Part shown: one piece after another, positions 38,801-48,287 of the stretch | How the letters are laid out: every line of letters begins with the position of its first letter | Numbering within the stretch: position 1 is the first letter of the stretch | Source: a virus | DNA length: 64,000 nucleotides | Virus record (IMG/VR): IMGVR_UViG_3300025030_000062 | Location: 1-64,000 of that record | Strand: one strand, 5' to 3' | The notes under the pieces: generated by a model | Told to the model about the DNA's origin: nothing | Seen by the model: only the letters and a program-made list of their open reading frames with translations | Databases searched by the model: none | Translations under genes and position numbers: made by a program

Positions 38801-39616
38801 TTTGCAAATTCAAGAGAATTTAACAACGCAACTTGGGCCAAAGCGCGCAGCTCTATTACGACCAATGCCGCTACCGCTCCTGACGGTACTGTTACCGCTG
38901 AAAAGCTAATTGCTGATACACAAGTAGAGCTTGCACATCATGTAAATCAGAGTGTTTCAGTCACTGCTGGAACATCGTACATTTTGGATGTGTGTGCAAA
39001 AGCCGGAGAATATCAGTATTTAGCGTTGCAGTTTTTGAACACTAACGGAGCATACGCAGGCAGTTTGGCTTATTTTGATTTATTGGCAGGAACGTTCACA
39101 AACTCTTCGTGTGATGCAGCGGGAATTGAGAATTTAGGTGACGGATGGTATCGCTGTTGGGCATCAGAAACAGCGATAGCAACCGTATCCGGTCTTCACT
39201 TGATAATGGTATGTAAGGATTATGCTGATGTATCTTTTACTGGCGACGGTACATCCGGGATATTTATATGGAACGGTCAACTACAAGTAAAACCATCTTC
39301 TGTTAGTACAACCAATCTGATAAATCTGTCTGAACTATCTGCGTACTTGATAGTAAAGCCGGTAATTGAAGAAGTTAACGATTTACCAACATCAAGTTTG
39401 ACTGGTTCGTATCGTATTGGAACCGGTGATGTTAGAATTCCTCTAACTGGTGATTATGATATCTTGAATCAGGTAAGTGTTACACTGCAAAATGTTGGGC
39501 CTGGGTGGAGTTGGCAGTTAATTGACAAAGATACGACATTAGGACCGCGGATTAAGATATTTGACGGACTTGCTGCTGCGGACTGTAATATCGATGCTTA
39601 TATTAAAGGGGTTTGA
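35882..39616 (+). CDS. Central tail fibre/tip protein (gpJ-like) with FN3 domains
   Basis: VIYGE, GHEVEEI, YDPRT, RDYL, FNAVKGTY, GTYNFRVRG. Confidence 0.9.
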   Translation: MPPLAAAVAAYLSVSTAMAYMVIVSAVLTLASVAYSAYMMATMEAPAQPDASKRLQTVRSSVQPHRVIYGECMTSGVLVYAQTHSIDPSTGELDNEGENKYISLVVAFTGHEVEEIKEVWFNDKISSDSVFIKHVNAVPAEGYFVGGSDSDPIGTFVETKAAIPEHDEVYATVFKYTGTATQEANDFLISLPAKPSNIVSKNPTSGLNDLVINNFDGSPLGPYNQQGMCSITLTVTDTDPSGDTVSWVQDIYTSEGLVANNASGTFVMPGPDTAISLANGIVLWFGSYDGSGNGIRNNTGHSIGQIWEIRAFDGAPWTSECRLQGRSYVVATLEYSDKAFPTGLPNIKALIKGNNQIYDPRTDTTGYSDNWALCVRDYLTKPYGLNAPVSDINETTAIAAANICDESIELANSGSQNRYTINGSFTLDKTPTSIMNEILATAYGAITWTQGQYRILPAAFYAPDLTFHGMNASVPGLTESDLRGQLKVRPAPSLKDKFNAVKGTYVSPETWQMVDFPKVGNEFYQDQDGYEIVKDVQLTYVTNSVRAQRIAKIMLEKSRQGIMVDFPAKWSAFPLAVGDVVPITIAKLGWDQKLFTIRDWKMHSEGGVDLSLQEEAEECYDWNFGEETTTDLAQDTLLPDPRYVSLVTGLVVGEELYATNVGSIVKSRVILTWNNMGLRQYEANYKPSNNTIWTPLPLTLDTTCVVDDTIPGTYNFRVRGMNFLGVWGDWSTISYLVKGKLAPPPNVDSFLITPQQDGTRTLSWLMHNAPLDLAGWRIKFRRGTDAGLWSTMTALHSGLLISSPFESNQLSAGDYVFGIVAVDTTGNESLNPLYIQTTLPDPRMTNVWTSSLNMDGDWPGIKINCYVNSEGALEANDISSWNTIPATWAEWTRWNWNSFTSFVYETSSIDLGHSLYFTPQVTAFGVGNITIEMITSLDNSSWNSWSVLEKTQARYVKFKASVISNDAELFINLFANSREFNNATWAKARSSITTNAATAPDGTVTAEKLIADTQVELAHHVNQSVSVTAGTSYILDVCAKAGEYQYLALQFLNTNGAYAGSLAYFDLLAGTFTNSSCDAAGIENLGDGWYRCWASETAIATVSGLHLIMVCKDYADVSFTGDGTSGIFIWNGQLQVKPSSVSTTNLINLSELSAYLIVKPVIEEVNDLPTSSLTGSYRIGTGDVRIPLTGDYDILNQVSVTLQNVGPGWSWQLIDKDTTLGPRIKIFDGLAAADCNIDAYIKGV

Positions 39617-40818
39617 TGATGGAAGAACTTAATATAGGAACAGTTGAAGGGGATGGAACAGGTGATACTTTTTACGATTTGATGCTGAAAACTAAGGATA
39701 ACTTTGTTGAAATAGCTAATGATTTAAACGGTATTGTGAATGTTCGTAATTTTGGTGCAGTATGTAATGGAGTGACCGATGATACTACTGCGGTGCAAGA
39801 TGCTTTAGATGCATCGTTGTACGTGTTAATTTCAGGATGGTGTAAGATTTCAGCTTCTCTCACATTGCGTGAAGGTCATCGTATTTTTGGGATTTGCCCG
39901 TTAACTTCAGGATTTATAAAAACTAATTTTAACGGCCCTGTGTTGTTAGGTGTTGATACAGATTGGGTTTATCTTGCTGATTTTGGGATAGACGGTCCTG
40001 GTCAGTGGACTGGAACCGGAAATAAAGGTATTGATATTCATGTTAACTCCCAAGAAATATTAACTAACCTAACTGTTAGAAATGTTCATCTTAGATATCT
40101 TAATGACATATCGCTGTACGTAGGCACTGGGGCTTTTTGTACTTATGACCAAGTTAAAGTTTTTCAGGGCGGTTATGCTGGGATTTATATAGATGGTGGC
40201 GATGGTCATACTTTCATTAGTCCAAGTGTGCGAGACATTATTTTGGGAGTTTATTTACATGGGCCTACGACTGTTAACGTAATCGGTGCTTATGTAGAAC
40301 AAGCAGGGTTAGGTTTTTGGTTGGATGGTGCTAATGCTGTTACGATAAGCGGAAGTGGTGTAGAGGCGAATATTAATAGGTCTACTGACTTCCCTGGTAG
40401 AAGTTATCGAATCTCCGGTGGGGAAGGCAACAGTATTATTTCAGGTATGTCAAGGCAGGACACTATTGGTGCAGCAGCTGCTGCAAATGCTCAACACTTA
40501 TTGATTGATGATAATGCTTCACGAACTACTATATTAAGTTTTCGCAAGGTTAATTCTGCTACATACATCCCTACTACAGAAGTCGATGTTTCGGGAGCTT
40601 TAGATACTGTTTTAATGGGGCCTCATAATTTTGATCCTTCAAAGGTCGTAGGCGGGGCAAAGTTTGGTGATTATGGCACTACAGCTTTTCCTCCATCATC
40701 AACAACTCCTGTTTTAAATGGTCAGATGGTTTTTGAATTAACCTCTAACACTTCGTTGACGATAAAAGTAAAAGGTTCGGATAGCGTAGTAAGATCGACA
40801 ATTCTAACTTTGTCTTAA
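39613..40818 (+). CDS. Tailspike 1, pectate-lyase-like beta-helix
   Basis: NIGTVEGDGTGDT N-terminal motif; NVRNFGAVCNGVTDDTTAVQ. Confidence 0.85.
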   Translation: MMMEELNIGTVEGDGTGDTFYDLMLKTKDNFVEIANDLNGIVNVRNFGAVCNGVTDDTTAVQDALDASLYVLISGWCKISASLTLREGHRIFGICPLTSGFIKTNFNGPVLLGVDTDWVYLADFGIDGPGQWTGTGNKGIDIHVNSQEILTNLTVRNVHLRYLNDISLYVGTGAFCTYDQVKVFQGGYAGIYIDGGDGHTFISPSVRDIILGVYLHGPTTVNVIGAYVEQAGLGFWLDGANAVTISGSGVEANINRSTDFPGRSYRISGGEGNSIISGMSRQDTIGAAAAANAQHLLIDDNASRTTILSFRKVNSATYIPTTEVDVSGALDTVLMGPHNFDPSKVVGGAKFGDYGTTAFPPSSTTPVLNGQMVFELTSNTSLTIKVKGSDSVVRSTILTLS

Positions 40819-40828
40819 GGAGAATAAA

Positions 40829-42766
40829 ATGGACCCTCTTCAGCCGATACCCACAACTAACCTAGATGCAGGTAGTGATAGCCCTTTATCCGCTCAGACT
40901 GATTTACTTGAGGTTGTTCAGCGAATGAATGGTATAGGACTTGTACCTTGTTCGCAATATGGAACGCTAAATCAAGCTGTTATTGCAATCGGGTCTTTGA
41001 AGCGAACATTAGCTTACGGGGCTGATGTTACAGTTTCTGCTAATATTACAATTCCTTCTAATATTGAATTGTTACCTTACAACGATGCTGTTATTAATCA
41101 TTCTACTTATACAATTTCGTATTCAGGTAGCACTGAAAGATGGAACATGAGTAAAAAATTCAACGGTACAGGAGCTATTACTGGATTTAGCGAGGTTCGC
41201 CCTGAATGGTTTGGGGCAAAAGGCGATGACTCTACTGATGACCGACAGGCGTTTATTTGTGCAGCTGCTTCTGGTGGTGAAATAGTTTTAAGAAGCAAAA
41301 CTTATTGGGTGAGCAGTAATATTCCAGTAACCGGCATTTTGCGAATAAGGGGTGTTGGAGAAAATTCTTCTATTCGGTGCAACGGATACGCGTTTACAGT
41401 TACCAACGGTCATTATTCTCATTTGGATAATTTCGCGTTTTTGGCTCCTACTGGCGCGTATATGGTAAACAGATGGGCTGCTAACGGTGATTGGCTCGGT
41501 ACACCTGTTTACGGATATAATTTGACTGAAGGTTATCAAATGACCGGGAATGATCCTGAATGGGAAGGGTTGACAGCGCCTCAAAAGACGTATGTAGTCA
41601 CCGGAATTAAGTTCATTACGTCTAACAAAGTTAAAGTTTCGCGCATATACGGGCGATTTGTGAGTTTGTGGCTAAGTGATAGTAACGATTCTTCAGTGGA
41701 GCGTTGCAGGTTTCATGGTGGAGCTACCACTTACGGAGGTATTTATTTTGGGGCTACCGCTGCTACAAAATTACAAGGAAATAAAGCTCACGGCAATACG
41801 GTCATGTATTCATCTAATTGCGGGATAACTTATGAAGGTCAAGATGGAATAAGCATTACAGGAAACACAATCAGAATGTGTGGTGAATCTGGCATTAAAC
41901 AGATGCAGAATACTTACTCTAGTCTGTATTCGTTAGTATCGGATAATATCAGTAATTCTAACTATTATGACGGCATAGATTTATTAACCAACTTTCCCGT
42001 TACAGGTTCGGCTTCTCCGTCAGCTTGTGTTGTAAGCAACTGTGCTAAAAACAATAGATTGTCGGGTATTAATATAGAAGGTACTGGAAATTTAATACAA
42101 GGAGGTGTTATCTCAGGTAATGGTGCTTTTGGAATATGGGGTATTGTGTCATACTCTACGATCATGGGCGTAATGTTACCTAATAATAATAAAATCGCTA
42201 CGGCCGGATACGCTTCTTTGTATGTAGAAGGTAATAACAATACAATAGCAACTAACAGCATAAATAATACTGCCGCTGGTTATTTAGTAAACAACTGCAT
42301 GTTTGTTAAGGGTAATAATAATAAGTATTACAATAACGATTTGTATACCAGTAATACTACGTCCCTTTATGTAGAAGGAACTAATAACATCGGTTGGGCC
42401 AATAAAGGGCTAAAAGCGGTTAACGGAACCTCTCTTGATAGGTATAACCGGCTTATAGTTGATAATATGGAGCAAGCAGGTGATGATGTGGGTATTGACT
42501 TTGTAGTGAGATGGGGTATGCGAAAACCTACAGGTAGTATTAAGTCATTGTTGACTAATGGTGTTCCTGGTAGCGAATATTCCAATATGTATTTTTATAC
42601 ATTAGGTAACGGTACTGAAATCAATCCTCTTATTTTAGGCGGTGACGGTTATATTAGTATGCCAGCTATGCCTGTTTATGCCGATAATGCAGCTGCTGTT
42701 GCTGGTGGCAGAGCAGCGGGTAACTTGTATCGAACTGCCGCAGGGGATTTGCGAATAGTGTATTAA
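40829..42766 (+). CDS. Tailspike 2, right-handed beta-helix
   Basis: PEWFGAKGDDSTDDRQAF; Asn-ladder repeats. Confidence 0.85.
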   Translation: MDPLQPIPTTNLDAGSDSPLSAQTDLLEVVQRMNGIGLVPCSQYGTLNQAVIAIGSLKRTLAYGADVTVSANITIPSNIELLPYNDAVINHSTYTISYSGSTERWNMSKKFNGTGAITGFSEVRPEWFGAKGDDSTDDRQAFICAAASGGEIVLRSKTYWVSSNIPVTGILRIRGVGENSSIRCNGYAFTVTNGHYSHLDNFAFLAPTGAYMVNRWAANGDWLGTPVYGYNLTEGYQMTGNDPEWEGLTAPQKTYVVTGIKFITSNKVKVSRIYGRFVSLWLSDSNDSSVERCRFHGGATTYGGIYFGATAATKLQGNKAHGNTVMYSSNCGITYEGQDGISITGNTIRMCGESGIKQMQNTYSSLYSLVSDNISNSNYYDGIDLLTNFPVTGSASPSACVVSNCAKNNRLSGINIEGTGNLIQGGVISGNGAFGIWGIVSYSTIMGVMLPNNNKIATAGYASLYVEGNNNTIATNSINNTAAGYLVNNCMFVKGNNNKYYNNDLYTSNTTSLYVEGTNNIGWANKGLKAVNGTSLDRYNRLIVDNMEQAGDDVGIDFVVRWGMRKPTGSIKSLLTNGVPGSEYSNMYFYTLGNGTEINPLILGGDGYISMPAMPVYADNAAAVAGGRAAGNLYRTAAGDLRIVY

Positions 42767-42781
42767 ATATTTTTAACCTTC

Positions 42782-42810
42782 TTGACTTGAGAACTTTTTA
42801 ACTATATTAT
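42782..42810 (+). promoter_or_regulatory. sigma70-like promoter
   Basis: TTGACT-17 bp-TATTAT. Confidence 0.7.
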
Positions 42811-42839
42811 GTGCCGCGAGAAGGGAATTAGGAGCGCCT

Positions 42840-43184
42840 ATGCCAGCACTTGAACACGATGTAACAATAGAGCAAGGCGCTGATTTTCAGCGGGAATACA
42901 CCGTTACTAACCTTGACGGTTCAAACGTAACCGATTTAGGTTCGTTTCAATTCAGCGGTCAACTCAGAACTAATTACGGAACACTGGTAGCTGATTTTAC
43001 AATTACACCTACTAGTGTTAAAACCGTACTTGCTGCGTTAACTGCCGCTCAGACGACTTTAGCAAAAGCTTCAACTTGTTATTCCCACAATTATGACATA
43101 GAAGGTGTTTCACCTCAAGGTATTGTTTATCGTATAGCAAAAGTACGCGCTAAAATTTCAGCAGAACAAACTAAAACAGCTTAG
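42840..43184 (+). CDS. Putative virion adaptor (BppU-like Ig fold)
   Basis: IEQGADF...LTAAQT...YDIE. Confidence 0.55.
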   Translation: MPALEHDVTIEQGADFQREYTVTNLDGSNVTDLGSFQFSGQLRTNYGTLVADFTITPTSVKTVLAALTAAQTTLAKASTCYSHNYDIEGVSPQGIVYRIAKVRAKISAEQTKTA

Positions 43185-43225
43185 GCTAAGAACTTAAGCT
43201 CTCAGTTCACAAAGGAGAACTAACA

Positions 43226-43633
43226 ATGGCTAACAATCTTAAACTCAGTAACGCAACGGTAGATGTTCAGGGTGATGCAACTGCAACTCTGTTCGACAAC
43301 GGTTATCTTCGTATCTATGATGGTAGTCAGGCTGCAACTGCTGATACCGCCGTAGGCGCACAGGTTCTGCTTGCCGAGCTTCGTTTTGCGGCTACCGCAA
43401 TGAGTTCCAGCACTAACGGTGTGCTTACTGCTGCTGCGCTTACCGCTGATTCTTCGGCCAATGCTACCGGTACCGCCTCTTGGTATCGTTGCCTGAAGTC
43501 TGACGGTACTACGGTTATTTGTGACGGCTCTGTGGGTACTTCTGCTGCTGATCTTATCCTTAACTCTGTTGCTATTAGTTCCGGCGCAGCTGTTTCGGTT
43601 TCCTCGTTCACTCACACTATTCCTAAAGCGTAA
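43226..43633 (+). CDS. Putative virion structural protein
   Basis: LRIYDGSQ...LLAEL...GTASWYR...DGSVG; AGGAG RBS. Confidence 0.65.
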   Translation: MANNLKLSNATVDVQGDATATLFDNGYLRIYDGSQAATADTAVGAQVLLAELRFAATAMSSSTNGVLTAAALTADSSANATGTASWYRCLKSDGTTVICDGSVGTSAADLILNSVAISSGAAVSVSSFTHTIPKA

Positions 43634-43642
43634 GGAGCTGTT

Positions 43643-45301
43643 ATGGCGCTCCACCATCTAACTGAATACAACGTCGATGGTGGAGCTTGGATACAGGCTT
43701 ACGCCGACGAAGAAGCAGGGCCGGGGAAGTCGCTTGTTATTAGCGGCTTAGCGCCTGGAACCTACCAAGTCAGACTCAGGATCACTCCCTTAACCGGGGG
43801 TGGTCCTGCTGTCGTTTCTAACCCTGTTGAAGTGGTTATTACACAAGACGTTGTAAATCAAACCCAAATCAAACAAATTCAAGCCATTGAATCTGCTTTA
43901 CAGTTTATCGCTTCAGGTGCTCAAGTGGCGGCTGTTCAGGTAGGTTCTGTGCTTGGTTCAATGTTATTCTCTGGTGTCGTTGAACAAACTCAGCCAATTC
44001 AGGTTGAACTTTCGTCTGCTTCTGGTGTTAATACAGGTGATTTGGCAGAAACTCAGATTGTTCAAAGCAATAGTTCTACTGGCTTACTTGAATTTGTTGG
44101 CGTAGTTGATAATTATCAAACATTGCAAAGTTCGGTTATTAACAGTATTGTTGAGTTTATGGGTACTTCTGTTCAAACTCAAACAGTACAGTCTGAAGCA
44201 ATTTCAGGCGGCGATGTTATAACCGGTAGTGTGTTGGCCTCACAGGTCATTCAGGCTAATAACATTGCAGCAATTATTGAGTTTGTAGGTAGTGCAGCAA
44301 TTCAACAGCTTGCTCAAAATGAATTGGTTGAAGGCGAACAGTCTGTTCCAATTTCAGGTACAGTTGTTGTGAATCAAGCAGTGCAGAATGAAGCTAACTC
44401 TGCTACGTTAGTGTTCTATGCGACTTCGGAACAGAATCAATCTGTGCAGAGTGAAGTGAATAGTGGAACATTGTCCTTTAGCGGTAGTATTACAGAGAGC
44501 CAAATAAAGCAGATTGAAGCTATTAGCGCAAGTGTTAGCGAACCGTCACCCGCCCAAGTGACAGGACTCTCGGTATCCAACTCCCCCGCCCAACTCACTG
44601 CCACATGGGCTGACCTTTCCGACGAGACTAGCTATGAGCTGTTCTACTCGACCGACCCCGACCTGGACGAGACCACGGACGGTCTGACGGGTTACGTTAG
44701 CACGGTTGCCTATCCCTCGGCTCCAACTTCCGCCGTTTCTGGGCACATCACAGGGATTTCGGTGGGACAACTGGCGTACACGCTTAACGGGATGTTAACG
44801 GCAGGGGTCACCTACTATGTCAGGGTGGCTGGCAGAAACGCCGCTGGGCTTGGAACGCTTTCTGCCGCCGCTGCTGCGTCTCTCAATTATTACACGCAAG
44901 GTTGGGAGGCTGGAGTTGACACAGATGGGTTGATTGCTGTAGCAGGCGGGGGGCATACAGGAGATTGGTTTGGGGTCAAGGCTGGGGACCACGTAAGTAA
45001 TCAGTATACTGTAGCTTTTACAAAAACACTCACCGTAGCTGATGGAACTGGCGAGTTTTACTATTCAATAGAGGTTGAGCATAGCTCCACAGAGATCAGG
45101 GTGTACCAAGGTGCTACTTTACTACATGCTGAGAACTCAATCAATGACAATACCTGGCATAAGATGGAATTTGTGACAGCTTCGGAGAGTGATGTAGAAA
45201 TCAAAATAGGTAGAGTATCTGGTGCGTATGACTATGGTGGGGGCGACATCGGTTCGTCTGCTAGTATGAGCATAGATGATGTAAAGATAAGGATACCGTG
45301 A
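43643..45301 (+). CDS. FN3-containing, Gln-repeat fibre-like protein
   Basis: GLAPGTYQVRLR; ~22-aa QxQxxQ repeats; PAQVTGL...YYVRVAGRN. Confidence 0.7.
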   Translation: MALHHLTEYNVDGGAWIQAYADEEAGPGKSLVISGLAPGTYQVRLRITPLTGGGPAVVSNPVEVVITQDVVNQTQIKQIQAIESALQFIASGAQVAAVQVGSVLGSMLFSGVVEQTQPIQVELSSASGVNTGDLAETQIVQSNSSTGLLEFVGVVDNYQTLQSSVINSIVEFMGTSVQTQTVQSEAISGGDVITGSVLASQVIQANNIAAIIEFVGSAAIQQLAQNELVEGEQSVPISGTVVVNQAVQNEANSATLVFYATSEQNQSVQSEVNSGTLSFSGSITESQIKQIEAISASVSEPSPAQVTGLSVSNSPAQLTATWADLSDETSYELFYSTDPDLDETTDGLTGYVSTVAYPSAPTSAVSGHITGISVGQLAYTLNGMLTAGVTYYVRVAGRNAAGLGTLSAAAAASLNYYTQGWEAGVDTDGLIAVAGGGHTGDWFGVKAGDHVSNQYTVAFTKTLTVADGTGEFYYSIEVEHSSTEIRVYQGATLLHAENSINDNTWHKMEFVTASESDVEIKIGRVSGAYDYGGGDIGSSASMSIDDVKIRIP

Positions 45302-48249
45302 TGCTAGTCATCTATTGTTCCCCCAACGGTATCGGGGATGGGCAACTGACCAGTCCTTGCTCATTTCTAGCCGCGAAGCAGATGGTTATCGACTCCGCTC
45401 ATGATGGCGACATCGTGGTACGTATGTTTGGGGGCGTCTACGAATTTGACGCCACGGTGACGTTTACCTCCGCCGACTCGGGAAAGAATGGTCATAAGGT
45501 ATATTGGGTGGCCCATGATCCAGCTAATCCACCGGTTATCTCCGGCGGCAGAGCTATAACTGGTTGGGAGCTGGATACTAGCGCAAGGGCGACTGGTAAG
45601 AATATCTGGAAGGCTCCAGTCCACGTGGACGCAGCCAAAAATTTTTGCGTCAATGACCACCAAGCGAAGATAACCAGCAGGTTTGTGCAGCCTCAATACA
45701 CTATACCTTACATCGATGGCTTACACGAATTCATCTTCACCATAAACGACGCCTCGTTCCCGGAACTGTCACGTCCCACAGATGCCTCGCTTTGTGTCTG
45801 GACCATGGTATGGAGCAGATCGACAGCAGCTCTCACAACATATAGCAGATCGGGAGACGTGACCACGTTCCGGGTGGACCGGGGCTTCTCCACCAATATT
45901 GCGGAGAACGTGGACGGGATAGACGAAAACGTCCCTCTTGATGCCGCCAACCGCACAGCCATAGAAAATGCTTTCGAGTTTCTTTCCGCTGACACCAAAG
46001 GGTATGGCTACATAGACACCACCGATCACGTGGCCTACTACGTACCTCTGGACGGCGAGGACATGACTCAGGCGACAGCCCATGCAGGTATCCGGGAGAA
46101 AGCCTTAACCTTGAATGGGGCAGTGGGTGTCTTCTTTGGCGGAGTGCAGTTTGCCCACACTAAATGGAATCCTTCGGCGTGGTTTGGGGGAGTGGGAAAC
46201 CCTACCGTGCCACTTGACGGGCCTCTCTGGGCGGAACTGTTCTTTGAGTTAGGTTACACGGCTGATCTTATGCCACCTGCTGTTGTGGAATGTAGATATT
46301 CGGAACATATTGGATTTCAGAACTGCCGTATTAAACACGGCGGCGGCGACGGTTTGGCAATTCTTGAGGGGTCCAAACACGTAGACCTGAGACATTCCTT
46401 AGTGACCGAGATATCTTCCAATGGCATTACTGTGGGAACACGCCTCAGCACCACCCCTCAGACATCTGACCAGGTTAGTTTCATAGCAATTGCGGATAAT
46501 ATCGTCACTAAAACCGGTTATGGCTATCTCGGTGCTCTCTCCATCTTCACAACTGTTATGGACCACGTGACTATACTTCGTAACGAGGTATCTTACGCAC
46601 CGTACAGTGGGATTGGATGGGGCCAGGGCGGGCCGGTCTGTTATACCAACAACATCGAAATAGCCTACAACAAGATACATCATATATTTGACCACCCCAC
46701 CATAGCTGACGGCGGGGCCATATATGGCAATAGTCAAACGGATGCTGTGGCTATCCATGACAATTACCTGTACGACAACTTTGCCATCTCGGAATATCAG
46801 TTCGGAAATGCGTTGTATTTCGATGAAGATGCATCTGGCGTCACCTACTACAACAACGTCATAGTAGAATCAGCCGCCATCGCAGCCATAGCGCCTGTGG
46901 GGGAGCACGTCTGGCTGGGCGGAAACAGCGCGGGGGTGATAGCGTACAACAACTATGCCTCGAACCATATGATCCTTAACTGGCCTCCGTGGGTAGGGGA
47001 AGTTCCGACCGCCGACGAGGCTATCCAATTAACGGGTATTGATCCCGCAAACTGGCCTGTGGCAGCACGCAACATTGCTCTTGCCTCCGGCCCGTCGCCA
47101 CTGCCGGAAGTCAGTTTGTTTATCCTTCCCGATTCCGCCACTACCCTAACCGTCCCTGCCACTTCGTTCACCGCCACGGACGATGTGGCCGTGACAGGCT
47201 ACTTGATAACCGAGAGCAGCACCCCGCCGCTAGTTACCGATCCGGGGTGGAGCGCGACTGCACCAACAGAGTTTACTTTCGCAGGTTACGGCAACCGCAC
47301 CGCATGGGCCTGGGTTAAGGATGGCGATGACAACGTGTCGGCGGGGGTGAGTGCGAGCACAACTATAACTTCATCGCCTTATACAATAGCTTTTGCTCAA
47401 CAACCAACAATTCAATATATCGTTGATGATATCGTAACATTAAGCTATGATACTATTACTTTAGGTGCTGAACAAGTTCAAAGTATTCAAACTCAAGTCA
47501 CAACAGCAACTCAAAGCTTTATTGGAACTTTAGCACAATCGCAAGCTAAACAAACTGAAGCTGTTGTAAGCTTGCAAAGTATTGCGGGTTATGTTGCCAC
47601 AACTCAAGCTAAACAATCCGTTACAATAGCAGGAACACCACAATTTAACGGAGTTATTGCCCACAATCAACCTATACAAATAACACAAGCTTCAACTCAA
47701 CAAACTATAACAGGCTCAGTTACAACAGTTCAACCAATAGCTTCACAAACAGCAAACGGTTCTTCAGCCGCTGAGCCGACATTAGCTTTCGGCCAACAGC
47801 CTGTTTTCAGCAACGGTATTATTTATTACGGCACTGAGGATTTATTTGCTGGTTTTGAAGGTACGATAATTCAACTTACGCCGGTTCAGCAGCAGATAGT
47901 TGAAGCAAGCTTAGGATTTACCGGAACCGTCGCTGAAAGCCAGAAATCAGCCGCTCAGAATGCCCTAGGGAGCCAAGTTTTTACCGGAGCCTTATCAGGG
48001 TATCAGCTAATTCAGGAGCAAGCGGCCTTGGCGCTGCCTGAAGCCGTAACGCAAGCGCAGCCGACTCAGCAGCAAGCAGTAATTAGCACTTTGAGCTTTA
48101 TGGGAGTTGTGAGCCAAGGTCAAGCGGTTCAATTGCAGCGGATTACCAGGATTGCTGAAGCTTTAGACTTGAAGATTAGCGTTCGTGATCCATTAACGTT
48201 GAAGATTTCTGTTCGTGATCCATTACAGCTTAAGATAACAGTGAATTAA
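45298..48249 (+). CDS. Large beta-helix glycoside-hydrolase-like protein (GH141-like) fused to Gln repeats
   Basis: GGVYEF...ADSG...PVISGG; NEVSYAPYSGIGWG; DGGAIY; LYFDE; C-terminal Gln repeats. Confidence 0.75.
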   Translation: MMLVIYCSPNGIGDGQLTSPCSFLAAKQMVIDSAHDGDIVVRMFGGVYEFDATVTFTSADSGKNGHKVYWVAHDPANPPVISGGRAITGWELDTSARATGKNIWKAPVHVDAAKNFCVNDHQAKITSRFVQPQYTIPYIDGLHEFIFTINDASFPELSRPTDASLCVWTMVWSRSTAALTTYSRSGDVTTFRVDRGFSTNIAENVDGIDENVPLDAANRTAIENAFEFLSADTKGYGYIDTTDHVAYYVPLDGEDMTQATAHAGIREKALTLNGAVGVFFGGVQFAHTKWNPSAWFGGVGNPTVPLDGPLWAELFFELGYTADLMPPAVVECRYSEHIGFQNCRIKHGGGDGLAILEGSKHVDLRHSLVTEISSNGITVGTRLSTTPQTSDQVSFIAIADNIVTKTGYGYLGALSIFTTVMDHVTILRNEVSYAPYSGIGWGQGGPVCYTNNIEIAYNKIHHIFDHPTIADGGAIYGNSQTDAVAIHDNYLYDNFAISEYQFGNALYFDEDASGVTYYNNVIVESAAIAAIAPVGEHVWLGGNSAGVIAYNNYASNHMILNWPPWVGEVPTADEAIQLTGIDPANWPVAARNIALASGPSPLPEVSLFILPDSATTLTVPATSFTATDDVAVTGYLITESSTPPLVTDPGWSATAPTEFTFAGYGNRTAWAWVKDGDDNVSAGVSASTTITSSPYTIAFAQQPTIQYIVDDIVTLSYDTITLGAEQVQSIQTQVTTATQSFIGTLAQSQAKQTEAVVSLQSIAGYVATTQAKQSVTIAGTPQFNGVIAHNQPIQITQASTQQTITGSVTTVQPIASQTANGSSAAEPTLAFGQQPVFSNGIIYYGTEDLFAGFEGTIIQLTPVQQQIVEASLGFTGTVAESQKSAAQNALGSQVFTGALSGYQLIQEQAALALPEAVTQAQPTQQQAVISTLSFMGVVSQGQAVQLQRITRIAEALDLKISVRDPLTLKISVRDPLQLKITVN

Positions 48250-48287
48250 ACTAAAGCCCTCGCTAAGCATTAGGAGGGCTTTAGTTT
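48248..48287. terminator. Terminator between the convergent genome arms
   Basis: AAACTAAAGCCCTC...GAGGGCTTTAGTTT. Confidence 0.85.

Noticed and set aside
35882-48249. Diversity-generating retroelement or invertase shufflon acting on fibre genes
   Set aside because: No reverse transcriptase, recombinase, TR/VR pair or inverted crossover repeats seen in the window
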